Positions 52,537 through 61,468 of a DNA stretch of 64,000 bases are shown piece after piece. A program made the translations under genes and the position numbers. Source of the DNA: Deltaproteobacteria bacterium (GTDB lineage Bacteria > CG2-30-53-67); the NCBI GenBank assembly GCA_013151235.1, contig JAADIO010000055.1:39743-103742 (forward strand). Reading direction: 5' to 3'. The first letter of the stretch is position 1; each line of letters opens with the position of its first letter. A model generated the notes under the pieces. It did not search any database, was not told the DNA's origin, and saw only the letters and a list, made by a program, of their open reading frames with translations.

Positions 52537-53406
52537 TTAGCCGCGTTCAATATCCCTGTACCATACGGCAACCCGACAGGAACCTGCTTCCAGATGGGAC
52601 CGGACGGCATCCGTAATCACCACCGAACGGTGCCGCCCGCCGGTACAGCCGATTCCCAGGGTCAGGTAGGATTTCCCTTCCCGCACATACTGCGGAATCA
52701 GGTAATCGAGAAAATCATAGAGCCGCTTCAGATATTCCCGGGTCCGGCTCTGCTCCAGGACATAACGGACCACGTCGGGGTCCCGGCCGGTTCGGCTGCG
52801 CAGATGTTCTTCAAAGTAGGGGTTCGGCAAAAACCGGACATCGAGCACCATATCCGCGTCGTGTGCAATCCCGTATTTAAAACCGAAGGCGACCAGCGTA
52901 ATCGACAGATTGTCATGATACAACGAGGTCTCAAAATGTTCCCGCAGGAGGTTGCGCAGATCATGAATCGAATAGTCCGACGTATCGATTACGATATCGG
53001 CACTTTCCTTGACGTCGGCCAGCATCTCCCGTTCCAGAACCAGCCCCTCCCGGACCGAAGATTCCGCCAGGGGATGTTTCCTCCGTGTTTCATTGAACCG
53101 CCGGATCAACACCTCCCGGGAGGCCTCTAAAAAAAGGATACGATAGTTCACGCCCCGCTTCCGGATGGCCTCCAACACCTCACGGTACCGCTTAAGAAAA
53201 CGTTTCTCCCGGATATCAACGACCAGAGCAACCTTGTCGATCTCGCTGCCCCGTTGTCCACACAATTCCAGAAATTTCGGAATCAGATCCAGGGGCAGAT
53301 TGTCGACACAGAAAAACCCCATATCTTCGAACTGTCCGATGGTCGTACTCTTTCCGGACCCCGAAATACCACTGATAATCACCAGGCTAAGCGTCTGTTT
53401 CTTCAT
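52537..53406 (-). CDS. rapZ: RNase adapter RapZ family P-loop protein
   Basis: SGISGSGKS, CVDNLP, ETRRKHPL, FGFKYG, DVRFLPNP, IGCTGGRHRSV. Confidence 0.96.
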   Translation of the reverse strand: MKKQTLSLVIISGISGSGKSTTIGQFEDMGFFCVDNLPLDLIPKFLELCGQRGSEIDKVALVVDIREKRFLKRYREVLEAIRKRGVNYRILFLEASREVLIRRFNETRRKHPLAESSVREGLVLEREMLADVKESADIVIDTSDYSIHDLRNLLREHFETSLYHDNLSITLVAFGFKYGIAHDADMVLDVRFLPNPYFEEHLRSRTGRDPDVVRYVLEQSRTREYLKRLYDFLDYLIPQYVREGKSYLTLGIGCTGGRHRSVVITDAVRSHLEAGSCRVAVWYRDIERG

Positions 53407-54361
53407 GCTGACGGGAAATCCTCTTCATCAGCCGTTCTTCAAAACGGCGGGCGGAGAAATGACCGGCCGATTTCAGAAGATGGTTCCGGGCCGCCACTTC
53501 TATGATCAACGCCATGTTTCGTCCGGGCCGGACCGGCATCTGCAAAAAAGGTTTCGGGACATCCATAATCCTGTAGGCCCGCTCATCGAGCCCCAGTCGT
53601 TCGACATTGTCTCCGGGGGCCCACTCCATCAGTTCCACCACCAACTCGATTTCCTTTTCATGCTGTATGGACGAAACCCCATAGAGGTCCTTGATGTTAA
53701 TCACCCCGAGGCCCCGGATTTCCATGTGCCGCCGGGTCATCTCCGGGCTTTTCCCCATCAGGGTTTCCGGTCCGTTCTTCCAGATGGTTACGGCATCATC
53801 CGCAACCAGGCGATGTCCCCGGTCGATCAGGTCAAGGGCACACTCACTCTTGCCGATCCCGCTCTTGCCGAGGATCAAAATACCGACACCGTAAACATCG
53901 ACCAGGACCCCCGGTCTTGTCAGGTGCCGCGCCAGGGCCTTCTCCAGGTACGAAGTCACCTGTTGAATACAATGCGAGCTGAAATGGGGGGTCAGGAGCA
54001 GAGGAATATTTCGGTCCTCGCAGACCGCAACCAGTTCTTCCGGAATTTCCAATCCCTTGGTCACGATACAACAGGGGAGCGGGGATTGACTGAACTTGAG
54101 CAGGTTCTCTTTGCGGTCGGCGGGTGAAAGCCTGAAGAGGTAGGAGATCTCCGTCTCCCCGATAATCTGGATCTTGGCGGTATCGATATGCGCCGTATAG
54201 CCCGTCAGGGCCATACTCGACTTCTGGATACGGGGCTTCCGGATCGGGTTTCGCTTCCCTTCTCTGCCGGCGATCCACTCCAGATCCAGCTTGGATCGGT
54301 TGGCCTCAAAGAGATCCTCCACCGAAATCTCACATTTGAATCCTTCATGATCGGAACGCAT
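53387..54361 (-). CDS. hprK: HPr kinase/phosphorylase
   Basis: GKSGIGKSECAL.LI.RGHRLVADD, MEIRGLG, PVRPGRN. Confidence 0.96.
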   Translation of the reverse strand: MRSDHEGFKCEISVEDLFEANRSKLDLEWIAGREGKRNPIRKPRIQKSSMALTGYTAHIDTAKIQIIGETEISYLFRLSPADRKENLLKFSQSPLPCCIVTKGLEIPEELVAVCEDRNIPLLLTPHFSSHCIQQVTSYLEKALARHLTRPGVLVDVYGVGILILGKSGIGKSECALDLIDRGHRLVADDAVTIWKNGPETLMGKSPEMTRRHMEIRGLGVINIKDLYGVSSIQHEKEIELVVELMEWAPGDNVERLGLDERAYRIMDVPKPFLQMPVRPGRNMALIIEVAARNHLLKSAGHFSARRFEERLMKRISRQHEETDA

Positions 54362-54474
54362 GGAACCCCCCTGCCTTTCAGGCTACAGTCGAGCCAGGGC
54401 CGTTGACGACTCTCCGGGGATCGTTTCTGAAAAGAACGGACGGAACAAAAAATGACGGAGGCGGAAAAAGGATT

Positions 54475-54942
54475 TTAGGATCCGTATTTCTCATCTTCCT
54501 CGCAGATCAATTGATAAAGTTCCTTGGCGGAGCCGGCCTCCAGAAGGCGATCCCGAAACTCCCTGTTTTTCAAGACACGGGAAATTCGCGCCAAGGCCTT
54601 CAAGTGGTCTCCCGGTGAATCTTCCGGGGCAATAAGGACGAAAAAAATATGAACCGGTTTCCCGTCCATGGCATCAAAGTCTACCCCCTTGTGAGAGATG
54701 CCGCAAGCCAGAACCAGACGGTCCATGTTTTTCAATTTGCCGTGGGGAATGGCAATCCCTTCGCCGATTCCGGTACTCCCCAGAGCTTCCCGTGCCAGGA
54801 TCACCTCTAAAAAACCGTTTTGATCCCGGATTTTTTCCCGGGAATCAAGCAAGGCGGCAAATTCGTTTAAAACCTCTCGTTTATTTTCTCCCTGAAGATC
54901 GGGCAGGACCAGTTCCAGATCCAGAATATCCGTCAGTCTCAT
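54475..54942 (-). CDS. ptsN: PTS EIIA (Ntr/fructose type)
   Basis: REALGSTGIGEGIAIPH, FDAMDGKPV, HLKALARISR. Confidence 0.92.
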   Translation of the reverse strand: MRLTDILDLELVLPDLQGENKREVLNEFAALLDSREKIRDQNGFLEVILAREALGSTGIGEGIAIPHGKLKNMDRLVLACGISHKGVDFDAMDGKPVHIFFVLIAPEDSPGDHLKALARISRVLKNREFRDRLLEAGSAKELYQLICEEDEKYGS

Positions 54943-55022
54943 ACTTGACCTCTTATTATTTTCTCTATTACCTGCGCCACCCCGATCCACTGCTGCCGGG
55001 TTCTCCGGATGTTCCCGCTCCC

Positions 55023-55586
55023 TTACTCGTACACCGGTTCAATCAACCCGAGATTCCCATCCTTCCTGCGATAGAGCACATTAACCTCTTCCGACGTTGA
55101 GTCCGTATAAACAATAAAATCCTTATCCAGCAGATCCATCTGCAGCGCCGCTTCATCCACGGACATCGGTTTCACGGCATATTTCCGTGACCGAATGATC
55201 CGGGGTTTGGAAGGATTAAAACCTTGTTCCAGCTCTTCCCCTTCCGCTCCTGCGGCCGGATCCTGAATCAAGGCCTCATCCGGCAGCCCGCTCTTCCCTT
55301 TTCCGTCCCAATGCTTTGATTTGAAGCGTTTAAACTGTTTCCCAACGCTCTCGATCGAACGATCCACCGACTGGTACATATCTTTGGTTTCTTCCTTGGA
55401 CTGCAGCAGATGACCTCCCACATTACAGGAAACCTCCGCAATGTGTCGATATTTTTCCACACAGAGAGTTACCTGGACTTCCGCTTCTTTGTGAAAATGA
55501 CGTTGCAGTTTTTTTAATTCCTTCTCAATATGCGATCGCAGGCCGTCGGTCAACTCCATATGTCTTGCAGTAATGTTCAATTGCAT
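55023..55586 (-). CDS. hpf: Ribosome hibernation promoting factor (long HPF)
   Basis: ITARHMELT, DMYQSVD, KPMSVDEA, VLYRRKDGNLGLIEP. Confidence 0.95.
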   Translation of the reverse strand: MQLNITARHMELTDGLRSHIEKELKKLQRHFHKEAEVQVTLCVEKYRHIAEVSCNVGGHLLQSKEETKDMYQSVDRSIESVGKQFKRFKSKHWDGKGKSGLPDEALIQDPAAGAEGEELEQGFNPSKPRIIRSRKYAVKPMSVDEAALQMDLLDKDFIVYTDSTSEEVNVLYRRKDGNLGLIEPVYE

Positions 55587-55743
55587 AGTCTTTCCCCTTT
55601 CTCGTCATCCCCTCGGTGTCCGGGAAACAGAGTCGAGACGAATGTTCGGTCCACCCAATTGATTTGAGTCGAATCGGATCGATTCAGAAAAGACCCCTTT
55701 CGAATCGTGGGTCATCGTTGCAGTGATACAAAAAACAGCCAAA

Positions 55744-57168
55744 TTACCGGATCATTCTTCTTCTTTCCGTTGTGGAAAGAATATTCTGCTCGATACGATA
55801 TTTCGTGACCGTTCTCCGGGCAATATCTATCCCCTGCTTTTGAAGAATCTCAACAATCTTCTGGTCACTGAGCGGTTTCTTCCGATCTTCCTCCATGATA
55901 ATCTTGCGAATCTGTTCCTGAACACTGATCGACGAAACCGTCCCATCCTCCGTACGAAGGCCGCTGCAAAAGAAATATTTCAGCTCGAAGATCCCGTGGG
56001 GCGTATGGACATATTTGTTGGTCGTCACCCGGCTGATCGTGGACTCATGCATATTGATGTCCTCCGCTACATCCCGCAGCACCATCGGCTTCAAACGCGA
56101 AGGTCCCTTCTCAAAAAAATCCCGCTGAAATTTCAGGATGCTTTCCATGGTCCGGTAGATGGTCTTCTGCCGCTGTTCAATACTCCGAATCAACCAGAGG
56201 GCGGACTTGAACTTCCCCTCTACATATTCCGCCGTGGACCGATTCATCTGGTTCTTATTTTTCAACATCCGACGATAAAAGGAAGAGACTCTGAGGCGCG
56301 GCAAGCCATCATCGTTCAGGAGAATGAGAAAATCATTTTCATCGCGGACCACATAAATGTCCGGGATAATATAGACCGGGTCCTCCCCGCCGAACGAGCG
56401 GCCCGGTTTGGGTTCAAGGTTCTCAATGACCCGGGATGCCGTGTCGACATCCTCCAGCGTTACCTCCAGTTTTCGGGCAATGGCGGCATAATCCTTTTTC
56501 TGCAACCATGGAAGATAATCCTTGATCATGGCTTCCACCAGCGGCAGATCGGCATCCAGTTGCCGGACCTGAAGAAGTAGACACTCCTGTAGATCTCTGG
56601 CACCTACACCGACGGGATCCAGACTCTGGACAAGGTCCAGCGCCCGTGCAATGGTCTCCGCTTCCGCCCCCGTCATCGTCTCCAACTCCGTCTCGCTCAC
56701 GCGCAGATAGCCGTCCCCATCCAGATTACCGATGATGTTTTCCGCGATCATCTTCTCTTCATCGCTTATGTGGGAGAGGTTCAATTGCCAAAGAAGGTGC
56801 TCACTCAAACTGGGTTTACGGGAAAGGGTATTCTCGTAGGAAGGGGTCTCACCATTGTCGGAATAGGGCTCATAGGCCTCGTAACCGGACCCCATGGAAT
56901 CCTTCAGGTAGTGCTGCCAGTCAAAATCTTCCTCTTTTCGCTCCGGTTTACCGTCCTCTTCCGATTCTTTGTTGAGCGTGGCCCCTTTTTCCTCTTCCGT
57001 TAATTCCTGTGCTTCTTCTTCCAGGACCGGGTTTTCCACCAGTTCCTGATGGATACTCTGGATCAATTCCAATTTCGAGAGCTGGAGGAGCTTGATCGCC
57101 TGCTGAAGTTGGGGGGTCATCACCAGCTTCTGAGTCAGTTTCAGGTTGAGTCTCGTGTCTAATTGCAT
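55744..57168 (-). CDS. rpoN: RNA polymerase sigma-54 factor
   Basis: MTPQLQQAIKLLQL, HESTISR, PLSDQ, RpoN box ARRTVTKYR. Confidence 0.98.
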   Translation of the reverse strand: MQLDTRLNLKLTQKLVMTPQLQQAIKLLQLSKLELIQSIHQELVENPVLEEEAQELTEEEKGATLNKESEEDGKPERKEEDFDWQHYLKDSMGSGYEAYEPYSDNGETPSYENTLSRKPSLSEHLLWQLNLSHISDEEKMIAENIIGNLDGDGYLRVSETELETMTGAEAETIARALDLVQSLDPVGVGARDLQECLLLQVRQLDADLPLVEAMIKDYLPWLQKKDYAAIARKLEVTLEDVDTASRVIENLEPKPGRSFGGEDPVYIIPDIYVVRDENDFLILLNDDGLPRLRVSSFYRRMLKNKNQMNRSTAEYVEGKFKSALWLIRSIEQRQKTIYRTMESILKFQRDFFEKGPSRLKPMVLRDVAEDINMHESTISRVTTNKYVHTPHGIFELKYFFCSGLRTEDGTVSSISVQEQIRKIIMEEDRKKPLSDQKIVEILQKQGIDIARRTVTKYRIEQNILSTTERRRMIR

Positions 57169-57227
57169 AGGGGTCTGAGTTCCTCTCTTATGATCCAGCG
57201 TAAGACAGTCATGTCGAGACTGACCGG

Positions 57228-57980
57228 TCAAGCAATTTCAAAGTTTTTTCCAAGGTACTGATTCCGTACCACCGGATCTTTCGTTACTTTTTCGGGAGGG
57301 CCACTTACCTGAATTTCACCTTTGATCATTATATACAACCTGTCGGCAATTTTCAACATTTCTCTCGCATTATGGTCCGTAATCAGAAGGCCAATCCCTT
57401 TTTCTTTCAATCGTTTAATCATCTCTTCGATCTCTCCCACAGCAATGGGGTCAATCCCGGCAAAGGGCTCGTCGAGGAGGATGAAGGAGGGAGAAATCAC
57501 CAGGGCCCGGGCAATCTCCACCCTTCTCCGCTCCCCGCCCGACAAGGTAAACCCCTTCTGTTTCCGAAGGTGGGCAATCCCGAAATCACGCAGCAAAGAT
57601 TCCAGACGGTCCTTTTTCTCACCGGTCGAAAGATGCATGTTCTCCAGGATCGCCTTCAGATTCTGCTCTACCGTCAACTTCTGAAAGATCGACGCCTCCT
57701 GCGGAAGGTAACTGATCCCTTTTCGGGCACGCTGCACCATCGGATACCGGGTAATCTCTTCCTCCCCCAGAAAGACTCGTCCCCGGTCCGAACGAATCAG
57801 CCCCACCATCATGTAGAAGGTGGTCGTTTTCCCGGCCCCGTTCGGCCCGAGAAGGCCGACGATCTCACCGGGAGCGATCGTAAGATTTACATCCCGGACG
57901 GCCTCGCTTCCATGATAACGCTTGAGCAACCCTTCGGCAAGCAGCACCGGACCGGCAGGGTTCCCGACGGCATGCATCAT
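57228..57980 (-). CDS. lptB: LPS export ABC transporter ATPase
   Basis: GPNGAGKTT, YLPQEASIF, LSGGERRRVEIAR, LDEPFAGIDP, ITDHN. Confidence 0.95.
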   Translation of the reverse strand: MMHAVGNPAGPVLLAEGLLKRYHGSEAVRDVNLTIAPGEIVGLLGPNGAGKTTTFYMMVGLIRSDRGRVFLGEEEITRYPMVQRARKGISYLPQEASIFQKLTVEQNLKAILENMHLSTGEKKDRLESLLRDFGIAHLRKQKGFTLSGGERRRVEIARALVISPSFILLDEPFAGIDPIAVGEIEEMIKRLKEKGIGLLITDHNAREMLKIADRLYIMIKGEIQVSGPPEKVTKDPVVRNQYLGKNFEIA

Positions 57981-58519
57981 TTCCCGGCCCCTTCTTCCCC
58001 GGTCTTTTTTCCTTTCCCCGGATAAAAGAGAAATTTCGGCCGTTCCACCGTATTGCCCTCCACCTCCGTCCGGTCTTCATTCAGGTAGATCCTGATCACC
58101 GGCCCGATCAGGGTATTGTCACCATCGTAGACCTTGGCGTTCCCCGTCAATACCAGGATCTCCCCTTCTTCCAGATACTCCGCCCGATCCGCCACGGAAG
58201 AGCGCGTCCCGCTGATCACTTTCACATGTCCCGTCGCCACCACCCGTTTCAGATCCTTCCCTTTGTTCTCCGGATAAGTTTCCACCTTGTCTGCATAAAG
58301 AATCATCTCTCCCCGTACGACCTTGACATGGTCCAGAAAGGTAATAATTCCCGACTCGAAGTTGCCTTCCATTCTCTCCGAGGTAATGATAATGGGAAGG
58401 TCCTTTCCGGGGGGTTGCCCCGCAGCGATCACGGGAAGGAGAAGGGAGAGGCACAAAACCACCGCACACTTCAACCGCCCTGCTCTGAACCGAATTCTTC
58501 TTCCATTCATCCTTGCCAC
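57977..58519 (-). CDS. lptA: LPS transport periplasmic protein LptA
   Basis: Signal peptide, PIIITSE, ATGHV, LTGNAKV; position between lptC and lptB. Confidence 0.88.
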   Translation of the reverse strand: MARMNGRRIRFRAGRLKCAVVLCLSLLLPVIAAGQPPGKDLPIIITSERMEGNFESGIITFLDHVKVVRGEMILYADKVETYPENKGKDLKRVVATGHVKVISGTRSSVADRAEYLEEGEILVLTGNAKVYDGDNTLIGPVIRIYLNEDRTEVEGNTVERPKFLFYPGKGKKTGEEGAGK

Positions 58520-59106
58520 TCCTTGCCGGAACCGGGTCCGGGCAGGATCACCATCCGGACATGTCCCTCCACTTCCAGCTTTTTTCGATCCGGCCAGTAT
58601 CGTATCCGGTCGCCCCGAACCTGATCACAAGCCGTCTTCAGCCGAACCGGTTGATCCGAAGAGAGGAGACCTTTCCCCGCCTCCCAGACCAGTTGCTTGG
58701 CATAAAGAGTATACCCGGAATCGCTTTGCACCGTAACATCACCGCGTAAAACAACACGCTGTTTTTTCTCCCAATAGTCCCCTTTGCGTCCCGCCATGCG
58801 CAGCACATCTCCCTTCTCCAGCAACACCTCGATTTTCACCTGGTCCATATGGACCCGGGAATCCTTCAGGAACCGCTCCGCCCGGTCCGCCCGAATCTCC
58901 CACTTCCGCTCCCCTTGTTCCCGCTCGGTAAAATGAAATTTTCGAAAGGAGACCTCCGCCCGCTTTTCAACCCGTTGCCGGAATCCTTCTACACCCTTTT
59001 CCCGGCCTTTCCCGGGAATCATCCGGAAAAACAGGATGAGAAGAAAGAGGATCGCTACCAGAAGAAAAAGAGAGTATTTTGTCTTTTTCACTGCAATAAC
59101 AGGCAT
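58507..59106 (-). CDS. lptC: LPS export protein LptC
   Basis: N-terminal TM helix, KWEIRADRA, LRGDV, SDQPV; synteny. Confidence 0.85.
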   Translation of the reverse strand: MPVIAVKKTKYSLFLLVAILFLLILFFRMIPGKGREKGVEGFRQRVEKRAEVSFRKFHFTEREQGERKWEIRADRAERFLKDSRVHMDQVKIEVLLEKGDVLRMAGRKGDYWEKKQRVVLRGDVTVQSDSGYTLYAKQLVWEAGKGLLSSDQPVRLKTACDQVRGDRIRYWPDRKKLEVEGHVRMVILPGPGSGKEWQG

Positions 59107-59163
59107 TTATGACCTCAAGATGGCCTGAGTATAACACAGATCAGGGGTGCTCACAACCGAATC

Positions 59164-59811
59164 TCACGGCAATTTCCCAACCCCGGGACCCGCGATCAGA
59201 AGGATCCTGATTTTTCGCAATATCGCCCGGGCCTCCGAACCGGAGAGCTTTTCTTCCGGGTTAAAATTCCCCGCTCCATCGAGATCCATGATCCCCATGG
59301 CAAGGAGCCTTCGCACGACCGGATAGAGAAGATGTCCCTTCGGCAGATCCAGCGGCCCTCTGCCGCTCTCCGGCAGCGGGCTTGCTTCCACCCCGCCCTG
59401 TTCAAGGAGCGCATCAAAAATTCCGGCCGCATCCCCCCGCGTCACGGGGAGATCCGGCTGGAAGCGATGACCGGCCTGAGCGGACATCCACCCCAAACGG
59501 ACCACCTGGATGATCTCCTTTCTCGCCCAGTGGTTCGACACATCAACAACGATTTTCTCTCCTGACCGTTCGGGAAGACTGCCGGCAGGAATCTCCATCA
59601 ACATCAGGACGGCCAGTCCCGCCCGGGTAAGGGTCCGCACCTTCTTCAAGGGCGTCAGTTCCGGAGGAAGCGAGACCGGCCGGAGGATCCCCTCCATGGG
59701 CAGCGATCCTTTCATCGGCCCTGTCCCGGGAAGACATCCACAAAACATGAGGAGGAAACAAATCCGGAGGAAAAAAGAAATGTAAAAAGAACGCTGTCCT
59801 TGATGCTCCAT
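59164..59811 (-). CDS. Putative lipoprotein with two S-layer homology (SLH) repeats
   Basis: Lipobox-like FCGC; DVSNHWA...FQPDLPVTRGD and DLPKGH...FNPEEKLSG. Confidence 0.75.
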   Translation of the reverse strand: MEHQGQRSFYISFFLRICFLLMFCGCLPGTGPMKGSLPMEGILRPVSLPPELTPLKKVRTLTRAGLAVLMLMEIPAGSLPERSGEKIVVDVSNHWARKEIIQVVRLGWMSAQAGHRFQPDLPVTRGDAAGIFDALLEQGGVEASPLPESGRGPLDLPKGHLLYPVVRRLLAMGIMDLDGAGNFNPEEKLSGSEARAILRKIRILLIAGPGVGKLP

Positions 59812-59837
59812 GTCGTGCAACCCCGCCGTGCCGTCGG

Positions 59838-61436
59838 TCAGTCAATCGATTCTGTTTTCCTGACCGAAGGAAACTGGGATCGATCGGTATGAGGAAGAAA
59901 GAGGGCGGCACTAAGCAGACTCATGAACTCCCCTTCCACATTTAACTCCACATAGGTAATCCTCCGGCAGATTTCGTCCAGTTCCTCCCGCCGGGCGTTG
60001 GACAGAAGGGTCAGGCAGGCCCCGGTCACGGAACTGTTTTTCAATGGTCGATAGCGTTCGAGGGGGATGTCGGGCAGCATCCCGATATTCCGGGCGGACT
60101 CCGGATCGATATACCCCCCGAAGGTCCCCGCCACATGGAAATGCTCGAGATCCCCGAAGGAGACCCCGGCATATCGGGTGATCACCGTCAACGCCGTATA
60201 CATGGCCCCCTTGGTCCGGAGCAGGTTGTTGATATCGAGTTCCGTCAGAAGGATCTCCTCCCCACACCCCGTCGCTTCCGCCGGGACAACCCGGTAGGCC
60301 TTCACTCCATCCTTTTCCACGACAAATGGCCCCTCCGACGCAAACTTTCCCCGTTCGTCGATAACACCTGTCCGAAAAAGCTCGGCCATCAGGTCGATCA
60401 GCCCCGATCCGCAGATCCCCACGGGCGGGACGTCTCCAATCACCGTACAGCGGGACTCTCCGCTCTCCCCATCGATTCGGACGGACTCAATGGCCCCGTC
60501 GGCGGCACGCATCCCGCACCGGACCACTCCCCCCTCCAGGGCCGGCCCGGCGGCACCGGCGGCCACCATCAGCCACTCCCGGTTTCCCAGGACGATCTCG
60601 GCGTTCGTTCCCACATCAACGAGGATCGATACCGATTCCGCCCGGTGCATCCCCGAGACCAGGATCCCGGCGATCACATCCCCGCCGACGTAGCTCCCCA
60701 CGTTCGGAAGAGAGTAAAGAAGAGCCTTTGAATTTCCGGTCAGTCCGACCGTGCGTGCGGGATAGATATCGGGCCGGTTCACCACGGGAAGATAGGGCTC
60801 GCGGCAGATTCGGAGCGGGGAGAGACCGAGCAGGAGGTGAATCATGGTGGTATTGCCGGCAACGGCGTAGGCGTAGATGTGCCGGGAATCGATGCCGTGC
60901 CGGTCACAGAGGGCGCCGATCTCCCGGTTCATGGCATCGATAACCACCTGCTGAAGCTCCCGCAGTCCTTCCGGCCGCCGGCAGTGGTGGATCCGGCTTA
61001 AGATATCCTCCCCGAAACGGACCTGTGGATTTTCCTCCGCCCATTCCTCCAGCACGCGTCCTCCGGTCAGATCGATCAGGGAATAGACAATATTGGTCGA
61101 CCCGAGGTCAACGGCCACACCGAAGTTCTCCCGGCTCCGGTCACCGGGCTCCACATCGAGGAGTTCCCAGTCGGTGCGGCAACGTCCCACGGTCAGGGTC
61201 AGGGCGTACCCCTGCGTATGGAGCAGATCGGAAATCTTTTCCGCCAGGGGAAGAGAGACAACGGGGCGGGAAAATTCGCCGGTCCGTTCCAATGTGTCCA
61301 GCACCCGGTCGACATCACCCCGGTTGTCGCCGAGGACCGGGGTAGGAATCTTCAGCGGGACCTTCCGAACCAGGGGATCGAGATCCTCCGATGGAAGGAG
61401 GGGGCTTGCATCATGCAGGTTGCGCTCTTTCATCAT
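59838..61436 (-). CDS. ASKHA-domain RACo-like (corrinoid reductive activase) protein lacking the N-terminal [2Fe-2S] domain
   Basis: AVDLGST, NPQ..FGEDILSRI, AGNTTM.H, YVGGD, DVGTNAE, AGPALEG, GICGSG, AGTFG. Confidence 0.88.
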   Translation of the reverse strand: MMKERNLHDASPLLPSEDLDPLVRKVPLKIPTPVLGDNRGDVDRVLDTLERTGEFSRPVVSLPLAEKISDLLHTQGYALTLTVGRCRTDWELLDVEPGDRSRENFGVAVDLGSTNIVYSLIDLTGGRVLEEWAEENPQVRFGEDILSRIHHCRRPEGLRELQQVVIDAMNREIGALCDRHGIDSRHIYAYAVAGNTTMIHLLLGLSPLRICREPYLPVVNRPDIYPARTVGLTGNSKALLYSLPNVGSYVGGDVIAGILVSGMHRAESVSILVDVGTNAEIVLGNREWLMVAAGAAGPALEGGVVRCGMRAADGAIESVRIDGESGESRCTVIGDVPPVGICGSGLIDLMAELFRTGVIDERGKFASEGPFVVEKDGVKAYRVVPAEATGCGEEILLTELDINNLLRTKGAMYTALTVITRYAGVSFGDLEHFHVAGTFGGYIDPESARNIGMLPDIPLERYRPLKNSSVTGACLTLLSNARREELDEICRRITYVELNVEGEFMSLLSAALFLPHTDRSQFPSVRKTESID

Positions 61437-61468
61437 GGACTCTCGGTAACATTCAGAGGAAGGGCCTC

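Noticed and set aside
55725-55743. Sigma54 promoter for hpf
   Set aside because: TTGGCTGTTTTTTGT gives GG-N9-GT: wrong spacing and no GC
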